Of a stretch of 64,000 nucleotides of DNA, positions 48,508 through 62,397 are shown piece after piece. The translations under genes and the position numbers were made by a program. Below the pieces are notes generated by a model. The model did no database searches. It was not told where the DNA came from and saw only the letters and a list, made by a program, of their open reading frames with translations. The number at the start of each line of letters is the position of its first letter. The stretch's first letter is position 1. Location of the stretch: the NCBI GenBank assembly GCA_051294375.1, contig CM119267.1:16391601-16455600 (forward strand), given 5' to 3'. The DNA is from Paraspadella gotoi (Eukaryota; Animalia; Chaetognatha).

Positions 48508-49380
48508 AAGAGAGAGAGAGAGAAGAGAGAGAGATGAATACATTCCTGGAAAAAGAGAGAGAGAGAGTTTCCGTATAACTGCCTATGAAAAAAGAACCAT
48601 TTAATTGCATCATAGCGTGAGTTACTAACGCAAGGAGGGGAACCTCTCCACATTTTACTGTCTCGGAATTGCGCCGAATTCTTCAATGACCACAGAGAAT
48701 CTGGATTCGCGAGACCCCCCTTTTCTCCTTCTTCGTTGGCCGCCTTTTAATCTTTTTATAAAGACAAAAACGGTTGAAATTTCCCCACTTGCGTTTAAGA
48801 TAAAGAAAGATTTCTTGTCGACACGATACCGAAAAATATCGATTATTTTAATAAAAATAGTTTAGAAAAAAGGACCTTTTTTAAAATATTGATTAAGTAT
48901 ATTTATGTATATAAAAGGTGAGCGGTTTGGGCGGCTGTTGTAGATTTAATTGGTCACTCTTTGCTGTTAAAATAAATAATCAGAAAAAATTACAAGGTCA
49001 AAAATCATCTTTCTAATTTAAAAAATAAACATAAAACACAACAATTAATGAATCCTGGATTGCGGCCGTCAAGTTTTTATTAACCGATCGTTAGACGTAC
49101 TTGTGTCGTATCAAACTTGGGAAGATTACGCAGACCAGGGTGAATGTTAAAAAAAAAAAAAAGAGTGAATTCCCACGTAATGAGGCGGAGCGAAAGAAAA
49201 AATTAAAAAAAAGGCTTAAATAAAAAAAAAAAAAGTCGGAAAAATAATATCGAAATTCCCTATTTTTAAAATAAATGAGAAAAGTCGTTAAGATTTCTTT
49301 CTTTCTAAACTTATAACTCTCCTTTCCCTTGACATCACAACCTCTGCCTGAAAGAACTTTGCCTCACTTTTTTTAAACCA
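45000..49380 (-). repeat. second noisy inverted re-copy, of ~24112-29030
   Basis: Reverse-complement anchors: 45000-45045 vs 28980-29027; 46130-46210 vs 28240-28300; 46700-46810 vs 26040-26130; 47060-47300 vs 25745-25920; 47560-48540 vs 24620-25480; 49180-49380 vs 24112-24285. Confidence 0.88.
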
Positions 49381-52300
49381 CCGACTCGGATCGCCTCTCT
49401 CCTCGACTCTCTCGTCTCGTCTCCTCTCATTCTGTCGCAACNNNNNNNNNNNNNNNNNNNNNNNNNTTGGATTTCCCGTGTTTTCCTTCCTCGTTTTCTC
49501 GGGTTTAACGACGAAACGTAAAAAGTGGGGAAAGTCGACGTTTCGATCGTCAAATTCGATTTCGAAGGAAAATTGAGATCATGGTTCCTCCTTTTTTCCC
49601 CTTTTTTTCCTCCTTTATCTTTATTTTCTTTCTTTTTCGTCTTTCTTATTGGTTTCTTTCCTCCATTTTTCTTCATTCATTTTCCTTTGTTATCATTCTC
49701 CTGTCTTTTCTTTCTTCTTTTTCATCCGTTATCTTTTACCGCGTTTTCTTTTTTTTTATCTGTTCACTTTCCACTTTCCACTCTTTTTTTACTTTCTCTC
49801 TGTTTTTCCACTATCTGAAACAAACATAATCAATATTTGGATACTGTACCCCCCCCCTTACTTTTAATTTCCTTCACGCTCCACAACACCCCAATACAAA
49901 CAGGTCCTCCAGCCCAGTTTCGCCACATAAACCCCTAGTGTTTTCGATTTTGCCAAAAAGAGACACTCGCTCCGCAGTTTGCTTCTAAAAAGGTGCCCAN
50001 NNNNNNNNNNNNNNNNNNNNNNNNNNNNNNNNNNNNNNNNNNNNNNNNNNNNNNNNNNNNNNNNNNNNNNNNNNNNNNNNNNNNNNNNNNNNNNNNNNNN
50101 NNNNNNNNNNNNNNNNNNNNNNNNNNNNNNNNNNNNNNNNNNNNNNNNNNNNNNNNNNNNNNNNNNNNNNNNNNNNNNNNNNNNNNNNNNNNNNNNNNNN
50201 NNNNNNNNNNNNNNNNNNNNNNNNNNNNNNNNNNNAAATATACAAACAATACCAGAGGATCAATATAGAGCGACGGCGCCGATACCCGCGGTTCATGACG
50301 ACTGGAAGGCGATTGGAAAGGAATGGAGGGAGACATTGACTGTTGACGAGATGTCATCTTCGTTGGCATCGGGGGGGAAGGTAAAGTAATCTTTATAAAA
50401 TAATTGTATATAAAGTATATTTAAACTAATACATTCGAAAAGAAATTCAGGAAAAAAAAAAGATTTAATTCTGATTCCGAAGCCTCTTTTTTCCATGCCG
50501 ATGACAAATACAGCGGCGATGACAGGAACGACGACGACGACGAGGAGGACGACAGTAATGGCGTTTATGGCGGCGACGATGACGACGACGACGATCTCCG
50601 GTCTCAGATCTCGGAGGAAGCGACGTAGGCGGGGAATGAAAAGCCGGGGATTATGATGACAAACAACTGTTTATGGCCTTTTGTCGGTCGNNNNNNNNNN
50701 NNNNNNNNNNNNNNNNNNNNNNNNNNNNNNNNNNNNNNNNNNNNNNNNNNNNNNNNNNNNNNNNNNNNNNNNNNNNNNNNNNNNNNNNNNNNNNNNNNNN
50801 NNNNNNNNNNNNNNNNNNNNNNNNNNNNNNNNNNNNNNNNNNNNNNNNNNNNNNNNNNNNNNNNNNNNNNNNNNNNNNNNNNNNNNNNNNNNNNNNNNNN
50901 NNNNNNNNNNNNNNNNNNNNNNNNNNNNNNNNNNNNNNNNNNNNNNNNNNNNNNNNNNNNNNNNNNNNNNNNNNNNNNNNNNNNNNNNNNNNNNNNNNNN
51001 NNNNNNNNNNNNNNNNNNNNNNNNNNNNNNNNNNNNNNNNNNNNNNNNNNNNNNNNNNNNNNNNNNNNNNNNNNNNNNNNNNNNNNNNNNNNNNNNNNNN
51101 NNNNNNNNNNNNNNNNNNNNNNNNNNNNNNNNNNNNNNNNNNNNNNNNNNNNNNNNNNNNNNNNNNNNNNNNNAAAAAGAGAGAGAGAGAGAGAGAGAGA
51201 CGACGGTTGGCAGAGAAGCGTTTTTCTTTGAAGCGAAGTCATAAATCATTTCCAGCGGCAAATTGGAAATCATTCCAAACGACGACCGCCCCACGGAATA
51301 TATATACACCGTACAAGTTGACAGGTAATGTTTTTTATATTTTTTTCTTTACGAACCCTTGGGGCCCAAAATCGTAATAATCAAGCGGAATGATTGGAGC
51401 GACTATAAAATAATCGGGCGAATGATTGGAACGAACGTAAAATGGTTGGAGCTCGAAGGCTCCATTCAGATTTTGTGGCTCGAAAGAAAAAATGAGATTG
51501 GAATTTATCTCTTGGGGTCAGAGAGAAAATATGAAAACTGTGGAGTTGGGATTTGGATCTCTCTTCTATTTAATTAAGATAAGCTAATGGGAAAGATATA
51601 TGACTGCAGTAATTATTGGAAAAGTAAGTTAATCGTACAGTGGAGGACTTGATGTCAAGAGTATATATTAGGACCTAGTCCCCTTGAGAGCCTTCGGATC
51701 AGGGCTGTAACACCATGGTTACAGGGGCGGGGTTAAGCGGGGCCCGTCACCCTCTTAACTGGCCAGACGACCACCGGGGCTTGAAACCTCCCCGGAACCG
51801 TTTGGGTTGGGAGGGCGAATGAACTTGCCTCCGGCAACCATGGCCGCTGAATGACGGTTGAGGGATTTAGTCGGCCATGACTCCCCTCCCGTAGGGAGAA
51901 GTTCTTTGCGTCTCTTCAGTGAATTGTTTTGTTGGTGGAAAGTTCTTCTCATCTCTCTTCTAAGTTAGAGGACCGTGTGCTGCTCCGATGTCGCATATGT
52001 TTGTGGGGCGGAAATGCATCGCCAGGTTGAGGCATGGCTCGCGCTGCGGAGAAAGATGTTGATTTGTTTGCTTAGGCTCGTTTTGTCATTTCCGGAAGTC
52101 GGGCCCCTCACTCCAATGAAGAAGACACGTAATTATTGATTCCAATGCTGTTATTCCTCTCTCTACTTCTCTCTCTCTCTCAGTCTCTCTCTGCTCTCTC
52201 GATCTCTCCCTCTCTCTCTTCCTTTCTCTCTCGATCGATCTCCATACGCCGTCGCGCCACAATACAATGTCTCGATCTTTGACCAATCACCACATCTTTT

Positions 52301-53389
52301 CGTTTGTTTTTTGATTTATTCTTTCCCAATTCCCCGCCGCCCGCCCGCTACCATATTCCCTGGCGCGCGAGGCCGAATTAGCCATGATTGCCGGACCAGC
52401 ATCCTCTCGTGTACCAGCCGNNNNNNNNNNNNNNNNNNNNNNNNNCCGAAAGCTTCGATGCCCTGATGCTCTGACAGAAATCGAAACCTCGCAACTCGTT
52501 GCAACGCATGTCGCCGCCATCGCTGGGCAATCTCGATCCCCCCCTACTCCCTTCAGCGCCCTCCCACCTCCCCTCCCCATTTTTCCCGCCTTAAATCCTT
52601 ATTAATAGGCCATCGTGAGCTGGCGGTGGGTGCTGGGGTTAAAAAAGGGAACGGGATCGGGTTGTCGCTTGTCAGAGTGATCGACCGTCGACGCCCTCAT
52701 GGACGAAAAAGACTCTAATTCCATCAAATGACGAAAAATGACAAAGAAACGACTCGAGAATTCTTTCTCTTTTTTTTACTTTTCTTCTTTTCTGCGACGC
52801 AAACACGAAATTAAAAGCGAATAAAAACGGAGAACGTCGTTCGAAGGAAGAAGATGAAATATCGTCACGAAAGAGACAAAACAATGCTTTTTTTTTTTAT
52901 TTTTTACTTCAGCTACATTGTTTGTGCGCTGCGCATTGTTCTTGGACGTTTGTAGTCAAAGGATCCTTTTTCCGCTTTTCGTTCCGTCTTTTTCTCGTTA
53001 TTTTTAATGGGGTAGCGATTCTTTCTTTCCCTTTTCCTTTTCCTTCCGTTTTTTGTGTCTTTTTTTTCTTTTTCTTTCGTTTTTCTTTTACTGTTTTCTT
53101 TTTATTGCTGATCCTTCACTTTAGATATTCTTTTCTTTGTTTATTTCTTTCTTTTTTCTTTCCTTTTCTTTCTTCTCGAGTCGGCTTGATTCTATTTTTT
53201 CTTGTCTTTTCTTTCTCTTGGTCTTTTTTTATTTTTTTCTTGTCTTTCTTTTTTTTTAGTCTTTTTCTCCTTTCTTATTTTTGTTTCAGTTTTTTCTTTT
53301 TTTTTTTTTTTTCCCTTTTTTTTTTCTGTTTTTATTGTTCCTGGCTTTTTTCCTGTTTTTGTTTTTTTTTTTTTTCCTCTCTATAGCTT

Positions 53390-55540
53390 TTTTCTCTTCC
53401 TCAATAAAAATCAGAAGTGAAGGAGAGACACGAAAGACCCCTCGTTTTTTTTATTCTCATTTTCTTTCGCCCGTCCTCTCAACCAGCTTTTGTTTTTGTG
53501 TTAATTAAAGACATATCCCTGATTATTATTTTATTTTTACAACTTCTAGCTTTTTATCAGAGCTGTACGCATGTTACCCCGCGTGTATTTATTATTTTGT
53601 CTCTTCCTGGGTTTCATCCTCAGACCGACGACTCTGTAGACACATGTTTGTTGGTACGTTGATTGCTATTTTGGTTTTTCCATACAATTACCTTATGACG
53701 TATGTAAATTGTTTAGTTACATACAGTCATTAACCAAGGACTTTACACTTTAGATGTCGCCTCTTTCCATGTTGGTTTACCATATCCTCTATTAGCTTAT
53801 CATTACTAAGCGTCTTCTATTAGTTTCGAGTGTAGCTTCTCTATTAATAGGACACTATTCGCTTTGCCTTTCGGCTCCATTATTTCCCATTCTCAGCTGT
53901 GCTGGTTTCAGGATTTGTTTCACTACTTTTTTTTTCCATTACTATCTGGCGGAGGAGGAATGAACGAAGCGAGAATTAAATAAAAATAATGTGTAGTTAT
54001 TAGATAATAGGTCAATTACGCGCAGGGAATATCCCAGGAACCTTTTTTTCTATATTGCCGTAGAAAAAAAAAAGAATAAGTAGAAAGGAAAAAGGGGAAG
54101 AAGCCCAGGTTTGTGGAAGGAGTCATAGATTGATGTATCTAGTGCTGATAGCTCCACCTGCTAGTTACTGCTATGAGGAGTAATCATTTTGTCTTTTACA
54201 TTTCTATCCTCACTGCTATTAGATTTTCCTTCGCTGCTTCGGCACAAAACGCACGGGGCGGAAAAACTATCAGCGAGGTTTGAGCAGGCCACTGGTTATC
54301 AATACTGAAGGAGGTGGTATTCCGCCATTTCGTGTTTACGATAGAGTCGCAGGTTAGATGCGTTAGAGTCGGCATAGGTGGGTTTAGGTGGGTCTGATAG
54401 AGGACGGGCGAGGAAAAATTGATCAGGTGGGCTGCGCGTGGATTACTTGGGGGATAGGGGTCACCTTCTAGGTTCTAGGCTTGGAGACAATATGATATGA
54501 GATTTGACCAGTGTTTTGGAGCAGAAGAGAGACGAGGAGGAGAGGAGAGTGAGTCGCTCAGCGGCGAAAAGTTTCGACGGATTCGCATTGGGCTGACAAG
54601 AGAGAGCTTATTTTATGTCTCAGAGAAGGTTATATTTTACTGCGGTACGCCAGGAAGGAGAGAGAGCATTGGAGAGAGCAGAGAGTGATGAGAGGAGGAG
54701 AGAAGAGACTTGTAGAGTAGATTGTGAGAGAAGTCAGAGGAGATAGTAGGAGAAGTAGAGATCGGGGGAGGACCATGAGACTAAAGCCGGAAATAGGTGT
54801 TCCCAGGCAAAGACGAGAGTAGAGAAGAAGAGAGAGGAGAGGAATACGCCTTCCTGACTTGGTAAGACGGGTATCTTTCTTTTCGCGGGGGGGTGGCGAG
54901 TTTTTTAGGCGGGCAATGCGCACTACGCTGCAGCGCCTAAAAATATATTCATACAGGGTCAGTTGTACTCTGATACAGCTGTACTGTTTCGGGTTTTTTT
55001 GCAGTCTTGCGATGTGATGCGCGGGTTGTTCGAACGTCAGCATCAAGGATGATTAATAAGTAGGAGGTGAGAAAAAGAGAGAAAGAGAGAGTGCATGCAC
55101 GAGCCGTAAATGATAGGTAGGGATGTTTAGTTTTTTTTATGTAAAGTTATGTGAGGTGTAGTAACGCAGAGTGAGGAATGATACGATTTGATTATAAATC
55201 AGAGAAATCAGAGATTTTTGAAGTACAAATTTACAAAGAGATTAGCGTGAGAACATTTTTTGGCAACGCGAACTGGATTGATTTCATCGCATTCTGTGCT
55301 TATTTTTGTCACTTGAGACAGATTTAGCGATACTCGACACATAACGCTCGGAAATTGAGATCGCGCTGTCTCAAACGGACGATGTCAATCTGACCCCGAT
55401 CGCATTTTAATTCATATTCATATTCGCACCCAGGCGACGCACAAGTGAAGAGGAGGGAAAGATTTTACTCCGAACATGAGCTCGCTCGGGAGGACGATCG
55501 AGATAAACTACATCTAGTGAATGAAGAGGTTTGTAGAAAA
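53390..55540 (+). repeat. very noisy, expanded direct re-copy of ~63078-63750
   Basis: Anchors cttcctcaa(a)taaaaatca (53396/63082), cctttcggctcc (53867/63248), aaaaaggggaagaa..caggtt (54089/63352) and caagtg(g)aagagg.gggaaagattt (55442/63697). Confidence 0.7.
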
Positions 55541-57449
55541 CAGAGTGCAGTATGAGAGAGAGCGATAGAGAAGACGATGGAGCCTGATCGAAATGTAGGC
55601 CAGGAGAGATCGGTTAACATAAAGTAGCAGTTTTAAAGAGTAGATTATGCCAAGAATCTACGCACTACGAGCGTAACAGATTTGTGTCATTGTTTTTTAC
55701 TTCTTCTAAATATGGCCGATCTTCTTTATACAGGCTTCTGGCTAATATTTTGCTCATTCGGAAGCGACTGTTTTAAATTAGGCGTTCCATAAGTCTTGGA
55801 ATCTAATGTCTTGGGATCTCAATAAACCGTACTGCATGAAAATAGAACTTGATCCGTTCTAAACATTGCGAGCTTATATTGCTCGAGTCAACGTCCCTCG
55901 TCTCAGGAAATGAAGAGTACATACTGGACACGCGCTTCTCTGGATTTTAGATATAGTTGGCTGCTAACTCGACTCGCACAACGCCGAGCTGACATTTGAG
56001 CGGCTGGTCGCGAGCGAGGCTCTTGAACGACGTGGTCACGAGCGACGCATCTGACTGTGACACCAGGAGGCGGCGGCCGACGATCGGTGGCTTACTGTGC
56101 GGCAAAGATGAGTCTGAAAGGGAAGATGACGCAAAGAGGAGTCAATATTGGTCTCGTTTTTTTTTCTTGCGTTTTCTCATTCATTCGCTTCGGAATCTCT
56201 TTCTTACTTCTGCATACCTTCGTCTCAGAACAAAATGCGGTGCCGAGCGTAATAAGTTATTTTGGGAGCAGGGACCGTGACGGAAATGAGTCGTCTGCAT
56301 CTGTGAACAAATTTCACATAATATCGGTTTCTGTCCAATTGCCGACGAGGAGAGAAAATTTGAAGTTTTTTACAGATGGGAAGCCGAGAAAGCGGAGAGC
56401 ATTGTGACCCGAGACATATATCCAGTGCGAGGCCTGTTCTTATCATAGTCGCCGTAACCAATTTTTTTAAAATCCTACTCTCTATTTGGATTAGGCCGTC
56501 CTTTTAATGGTTGTTAATGGCTGTCATATTAACTTATCTGTCAAAGGGCCATCCGATATAGAATCTATTTGTGTTACGTGCGGTTGAGTAAAATATTTGC
56601 GAAAGTCGGAAAGTGAAATGATACCCTGTATAGTCATATATTTTATGTATCATTCTAATTTTTTTTAATTCCTCTCTCTTCTTTCCTTCTCTTCTTGGAT
56701 GTTCGTGCATCCTCATCGCCTCTTAGTTCACTGCCTCTCATCGAGGAGTAAGGTAAAAAAAAAAAAACCGCCCAGAAGTTTGTCAGTGTTTAGATTCAGA
56801 TTTTTTTTTTCCGACTTCCTCCTTATAGATTGCTTATCGCGAACTCTTTAGGCGTTATCTATTTTCGATTGGTCGATTCGCGCGATGTACGACCCAGTGG
56901 GTTCGGGAGTCGAGTCAAATCACTCATTTCTGACTCTTGATAGGGTAAATAGTCTTCGAACGTGGGAGGGAAGACATAGAACTATTGGCGGCCCGCGGCC
57001 GAGGAACAGAAATACATTCCCTTTCCTCATCATGTCATTTTATCGTCTTATGTCCATGAACGAACGCGCTGAAAATCCCTTTTAAATTGACCACGCTATC
57101 CAACGAAAACCGTGTGTCCGTCGCCCGCATCAATTAAATATTAATTAGTAGACCTAGCTCTGATAAAAAAAGCCCAGTATTTAAATATATTTCTTTACCA
57201 GGCCCCAAGGTAGAAAATGCATGGCAATGATTGTTAATATTTAAAGTTTCCCAAAAGTATCAGACCATAAATATAGGCAAAATATTACCCAAAATGATCT
57301 GTCGGAAAATCACCCCTCTGGAAGATTTTTCCGCATAGAAGATTTTTCCACGGAATCTGACTCCGCGGTTGAGAAAACTCACTTAAGAATTCCGAAATCG
57401 TTAGCCCTCTTATTACTTTTACTTTAAATAAAAAGTTTATCAACCAAAT

Positions 57450-58200
57450 GGCTAATTCACATTTCCTCAGCGAGCGTATCACTAGTCAAAATAACCCAAG
57501 TAAAATAGTAAAGAAAAAAATTGAGAAGCCCTTCAGATACACTTTGCCAAAGATTCACAAAATTAGACGTCATTTGTTGTAACAGGAACATACTCAAGTC
57601 CACGTTTAATATCGTTTTCAAGAAAAAAACCTGTTCATTTCTATAATAAAATCAGAAGAATATAAAAATTTTCCCCATCCAGAACAGTCTATTTGTTCTG
57701 GCTTTTCTTGATATCAAGATGTGATAGTTTGACAAGAGAAAAGAAAAAAAATGGCGAGCCCTTACAGCATGCAACAGGATTCGGAATCAAGTGTTTTACA
57801 TCGATTATTTACCAGAATTTAACCAGGAGCGTTTATTTGTTTGGTAGTCAGATTTGAGACCGAAAAATCTCCATTGAAAAAGTCTTCCTCGAATCTCTAA
57901 GAAACGACGATGACATCCTATTATTCAGAAAAAAATGAATTTAGTGAATCCTGTTGTCTTGCTAACGTTTGGATTTTTAAAAAATAAATGTTCAAATAAC
58001 CTTAAAGCAGAAAAATTAGTAGCCCCACAAATTATTCGCAGTGTGGCCTCACTACGTTTTAAACAGTGGTTAATGTTGTTTCGGCAAAAATCGACGGTGT
58101 AAGTTTTTTAATATTTTTTTTTACTGGGTGTCAATTGCGAATTCAGTAATCTTCGAGTGCGAAGAGCTCGGATAACTCGATATTTTCGGAGGAGGGTACA
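57450..58200 (+). mobile_element. degenerate, internally deleted Penelope-like element fragment
   Basis: Ordered motifs RYTLPKIHK (57535-57561; PLE consensus YGLPKIHK), LAFLDIK (57698-57718; L.FLD) and SVLHRLFTRI (57790-57819; thumb region). Only a weak GIY-YIG-like trace is seen at ~58135-58190. Confidence 0.5.
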
Positions 58201-61200
58201 GTAATTGGTGTGAAGATGAAAGAACGGTAAGTGGGTAACATACCTTTGGTCAATCATTTTGTTATTCCTCCATTGTTTTTCAGAAACCGAGTTTAATTTT
58301 TAATAACGCATTAGAGCGGGTGACTTAAACTAATTTATTTAGGGATATGTCTTTCTAACTCTCATCGCAATTGGAATTCACTTAAAATTAGCAACTTAAT
58401 CAACCTGAAACGTACTTATTCGAACGATAATAAAAATGATTTCATATAGATAGCGGCCTCATATTTGTCCATACAATTTTGTTGAGAGCGAAAGTTTATT
58501 TAGATAAAATATCGTGGAAAAATAAATTGAGACGATAAAAAAATAAGATACAGGAACAAACATCGGGAATGAGAAAGAAATTAGAAGAAGAGAGAGGAGA
58601 GAGAAGAGAGAGAGAAGAGAGAGAACGAGAGAGAGCAGAGAGAGGCGATTTTGTAACTGCTTTTCTTCTATAATTTAAAAAAACACATTTATTTAGGGGG
58701 AGGAGAGCGCGAGGAGAAGGTACAAGTTTGCGTTTTCATTTGAATATAAGAGTTAAGGAGCGAAAAACGGGAAGAAATCGAACGAATAACATCAGCAGTC
58801 ACAACCATGAATATCTTCTTTTTTTTTCCCACTTAAAAACCAAAAAATTACCAAGGGAAGGCGTTTTTATTTCCGTTTAACAGCGAAAGAAGAGAGAAGA
58901 GAGAGAAGAGACAGTGTTGAAGTCTTGGGATAAGCTCCAGGAAATTTTCTTTTTTAAAAAATGACATTCAAAAATAGGAGCAAAAGAGGGGGCAAGCGCC
59001 CGAGGGTAGACTTATTGTTGAGAGAGCAATGCGGTCGGACCAAATTCTAATATGTATCTATGGGATCCCACTAATGCGCTAAGATGAGATGGCATGCGGG
59101 TAGCGAGCTAGAAAAAGATAGGAATCATAGAAAAAAAAGGTAAAAAAAAGGAAGAGGGGTTCAACGATCTGTAAGACTGGCGTTTGGTTGCGGGGGAAAA
59201 AAAGGGCATAGCGATGAAAAAAAAACCAGGTATGGAGTATATTTTTTTGTTTTTAAGATTAAAACCGAAAAATAAAATTAAAAACTGGCAAACCAATGAA
59301 AAAAAATCTGAAGGGATTTTTCTAATTCAAGACTGTCTAAATCGAAAAGGATTTTCACGAGAGTTTTTTGGGTTCGAAAACCGAGAGACATTTGGTTTTT
59401 TTCTATCGGGTCTTGTGGCATATCTGTACGACGGGATTAAAAAACAAACAAAAGATCATTTTCGACGACAATCGTTTTAAACCAAAAGTTTATCTGTTTT
59501 TTTCAGGTTCTAAAAAATAAGCTGATATGTCACAATTTTTATCTAAATGAAAATCAAAAAAGGCTAAAAAGAGAGAATGAGTTTTTTGGTTGTTTTTTTT
59601 GTTTATTTTTTTATTTTGTGTGAAGAGAGAAAAAATTACAGCATCTGCCGAATTTTGAACTGACGATTTAATGGTTTCGATTTTATTGGATTATATCCGG
59701 ATATTATTTTTAAACAGATTACCGTAACTCGTCGCATCTCGTTACTACTGTAGGGTGCAAGATTAGATTAGGATGTAACAAATTATTTATTTTTTTGGTT
59801 TGATTTAATCTATTTTTTGGAAGAAGCGGAGAATTTAAGATTTAGCTTGCTCCGATCGGCTGACAGCTGGGGATAAAGTCGGACCGTAGCGAAGAGAGGC
59901 TACATGACGGCAATAGATCGGGGAGACAGAGATTTGGTAAGATGTCGTTTTTAAAATGCAATAAACATCTAACACGCAATTAAAGTCGGTTGGACTCGTA
60001 AATTGTCTAATTACAGTTGTGGTTGAATTCACTCGTCAAAAGAATTATTGCAGAGAAACTTTGTCCCGGTATTTAAGCACTAACAAGGAATATTTAAAAG
60101 CAGGTGCAAGCTGTTTAACGCAATGAAAATGCCTTCTTTAAAGCATCGAGACGTACAAGATTTTTTTCCGACCAATATACGGCGCTCCGTGGCTGCTGCA
60201 GACGATGACACGCCCTCCAAATGAAGGAAGTGTCGCAGGATGCAGGATCTGAGCGTCTTGAGAAAACGTACCATCTCTTTCTCTGCGTATTTTCGAAAAT
60301 GAACCGGGACTTCGGCGTGCCACTCTGCGATTTAACAAAATGGGATGGAGATGGGGAGAAAATGGGTGAGGAGATGGGGAAAGAGATGGGCAGAAATGGG
60401 GTGAGAGAATGGGAAAGAGATGGGAGAGGATGGGATGTAAACGAAATATAAAAGGCAAGGAGAAATGGCCAAGGTGGATAGGAAAAGAACGGGATGGAGT
60501 TGGGAAGCGACGTGGAGAGATATTTGGAAAGAGGAGAGAAAATAAAAAAAAAAATATTTAAGGACTGATCCATAAAGCGTAGACAGAGAAAGATAATGCA
60601 TACGAAAACTTACCTTACAGAAGAATAATAAGTAAAAATCGAAGATAAAAGTATGAAGAAAGTAAAGAGACGAAGAAACGACGCCCTTTAAAAGTCGTCA
60701 AGAATGATCACACAATCAACAACACATTCTCCAGGACTATTTTTACTTTTGCCTCCAAAAACCTAAATGCAGATTCGATATTTTTGAAAAAAACAAAACA
60801 GTGTTTTATTCTCTAATAAACCATTTAGATACGATCCGAATTGCATGTTTTGCCAACAGTACCTGAACACTATCTCCTCTCTCTCTTCTCTCTCGAGCTC
60901 TCTCTATCTCGAAACGATCTTACTCTCTCCTCATCGTCTCGCTCCTCATCTGATCTCAGTCTGCATCTCTCTCTCTTCTCCCCTGACCGTCCCTCTTCCG
61001 CCAATCTATCCTCTCACACCTTTCGAACGAAGTGAAACAAAAGAGCAGAGGAAGAACTACCCTAAGCAAATTTGGCGCCATTACCAATGGGAAAGTGCGT
61101 ATCACGTCCAATAGCGAGTGAACGCGATCACTTCCTTCGGAGGGCGAAGACCTGAGCGAGGAAAATAATGTACGCTGATTTGACGAAGATTTTTGGAGTT

Positions 61201-62284
61201 GAATCTTTTTCAAAGGAGAAGAGTGAAAAACTAATATTGTACCCATGTTTACGGTAGATTATAATTTATAGGCGTAGAAAATATATCTACTTCATTCATG
61301 ATACAAAACTTTTTGTGGGGAGGGTTCATTTTGGGTCCATTCTCCGCCGATTTTTTTTCTGCCAAAAAGTGAACGGTTTTAGTTGTCATTAAATTTATTT
61401 AACTTATTTAGTTTTTGGAAGGGTTTTTGTCACTTACGTATTTGTAAGCATCAAGTAAAACATATGAAACGAAAAACATCTAACTGAGCGTAAAATAAAG
61501 AATAATATAGATAGATTTATCCCTATGGATAAAAACATCATATATAACTTTGGTCCCGCCCACAAAAATATCATTCACCACCAGACCTTTCTTATTAGGG
61601 GGCCTCATTGCATATGTATGATTTTTCTATATTAATAGATACTAACAGGAACATGATGTGTTGATATCTATTAGAAAACTAGGACAGATTGTCATCTAAC
61701 CTGCAGTGTTTTAATAGAGTACTCGTTACAAAGTCCGCTCTAATTTCCAGAAGTCAATACTGACGTTCCTCTTTTCCCAAAAATTGAGTTATTAGATTAT
61801 AAGAATGATAAGTAACATTTTTTTAACGAAAGAAACGCAATATACTATTGTGATTAAAGAATGAGATTAAATAACAAAATCCTTCATAAAATATAAAAAT
61901 AAGAGAAGTAGTGAAAACAAGTAATTTGAAAATTTCAACTAGAAAGTAAAGAGTGGATGAGCCCAGTGCAAGTAATTAACCAGTCATTTCTTCTCCTCTC
62001 CCCTCTCAGTCCGCTCATCCTTCTCGTCCGGCTTTTCGCGGGAAAGGCTCCAGGGAAGAGTTTACTCAACTTTTATGTCGTCGAGTTTCACGTGGAATAA
62101 TTATGGAACGTGGAGACTTCATATTCCAGGTTGTGAGGCGCATCAGTCGTTACAAAGAGAGACCTTTTTTGGCGAGCGTACAATTAGATGGAATGGAAGC
62201 CCCAAAAAATTCATAATTTGGTTTGCTAGTTAATAATTTTAGCAATCGAATTATCAGATTATTAAGTATATTTTAATATAATAG

Positions 62285-62397
62285 AATATAATATAATAAT
62301 TAATAATAATAATAATATAATCAATAATAATAATAATAATAATAATATATAAGTAAGTAATAATAATATAATATAATAATAATAATAATAATATATA
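62285..62397 (+). repeat. (AAT)n microsatellite
   Basis: Directly visible. Confidence 0.92.

Noticed and set aside
49335-49356. tcacaacctc, similar to the miR-67/307 5' end
   Set aside because: The cleaner forward copy (~24130-24150) lacks it, so it likely comes from read insertions, and no hairpin was seen.
51695-51718. PWCYSPDP on the minus strand resembling a kringle motif
   Set aside because: It is preceded by an in-frame stop and lacks CRNP and the other cysteines.
52922-53508. Hydrophobic Phe-rich ORFs resembling membrane proteins
   Set aside because: They come from low-complexity T-rich sequence.
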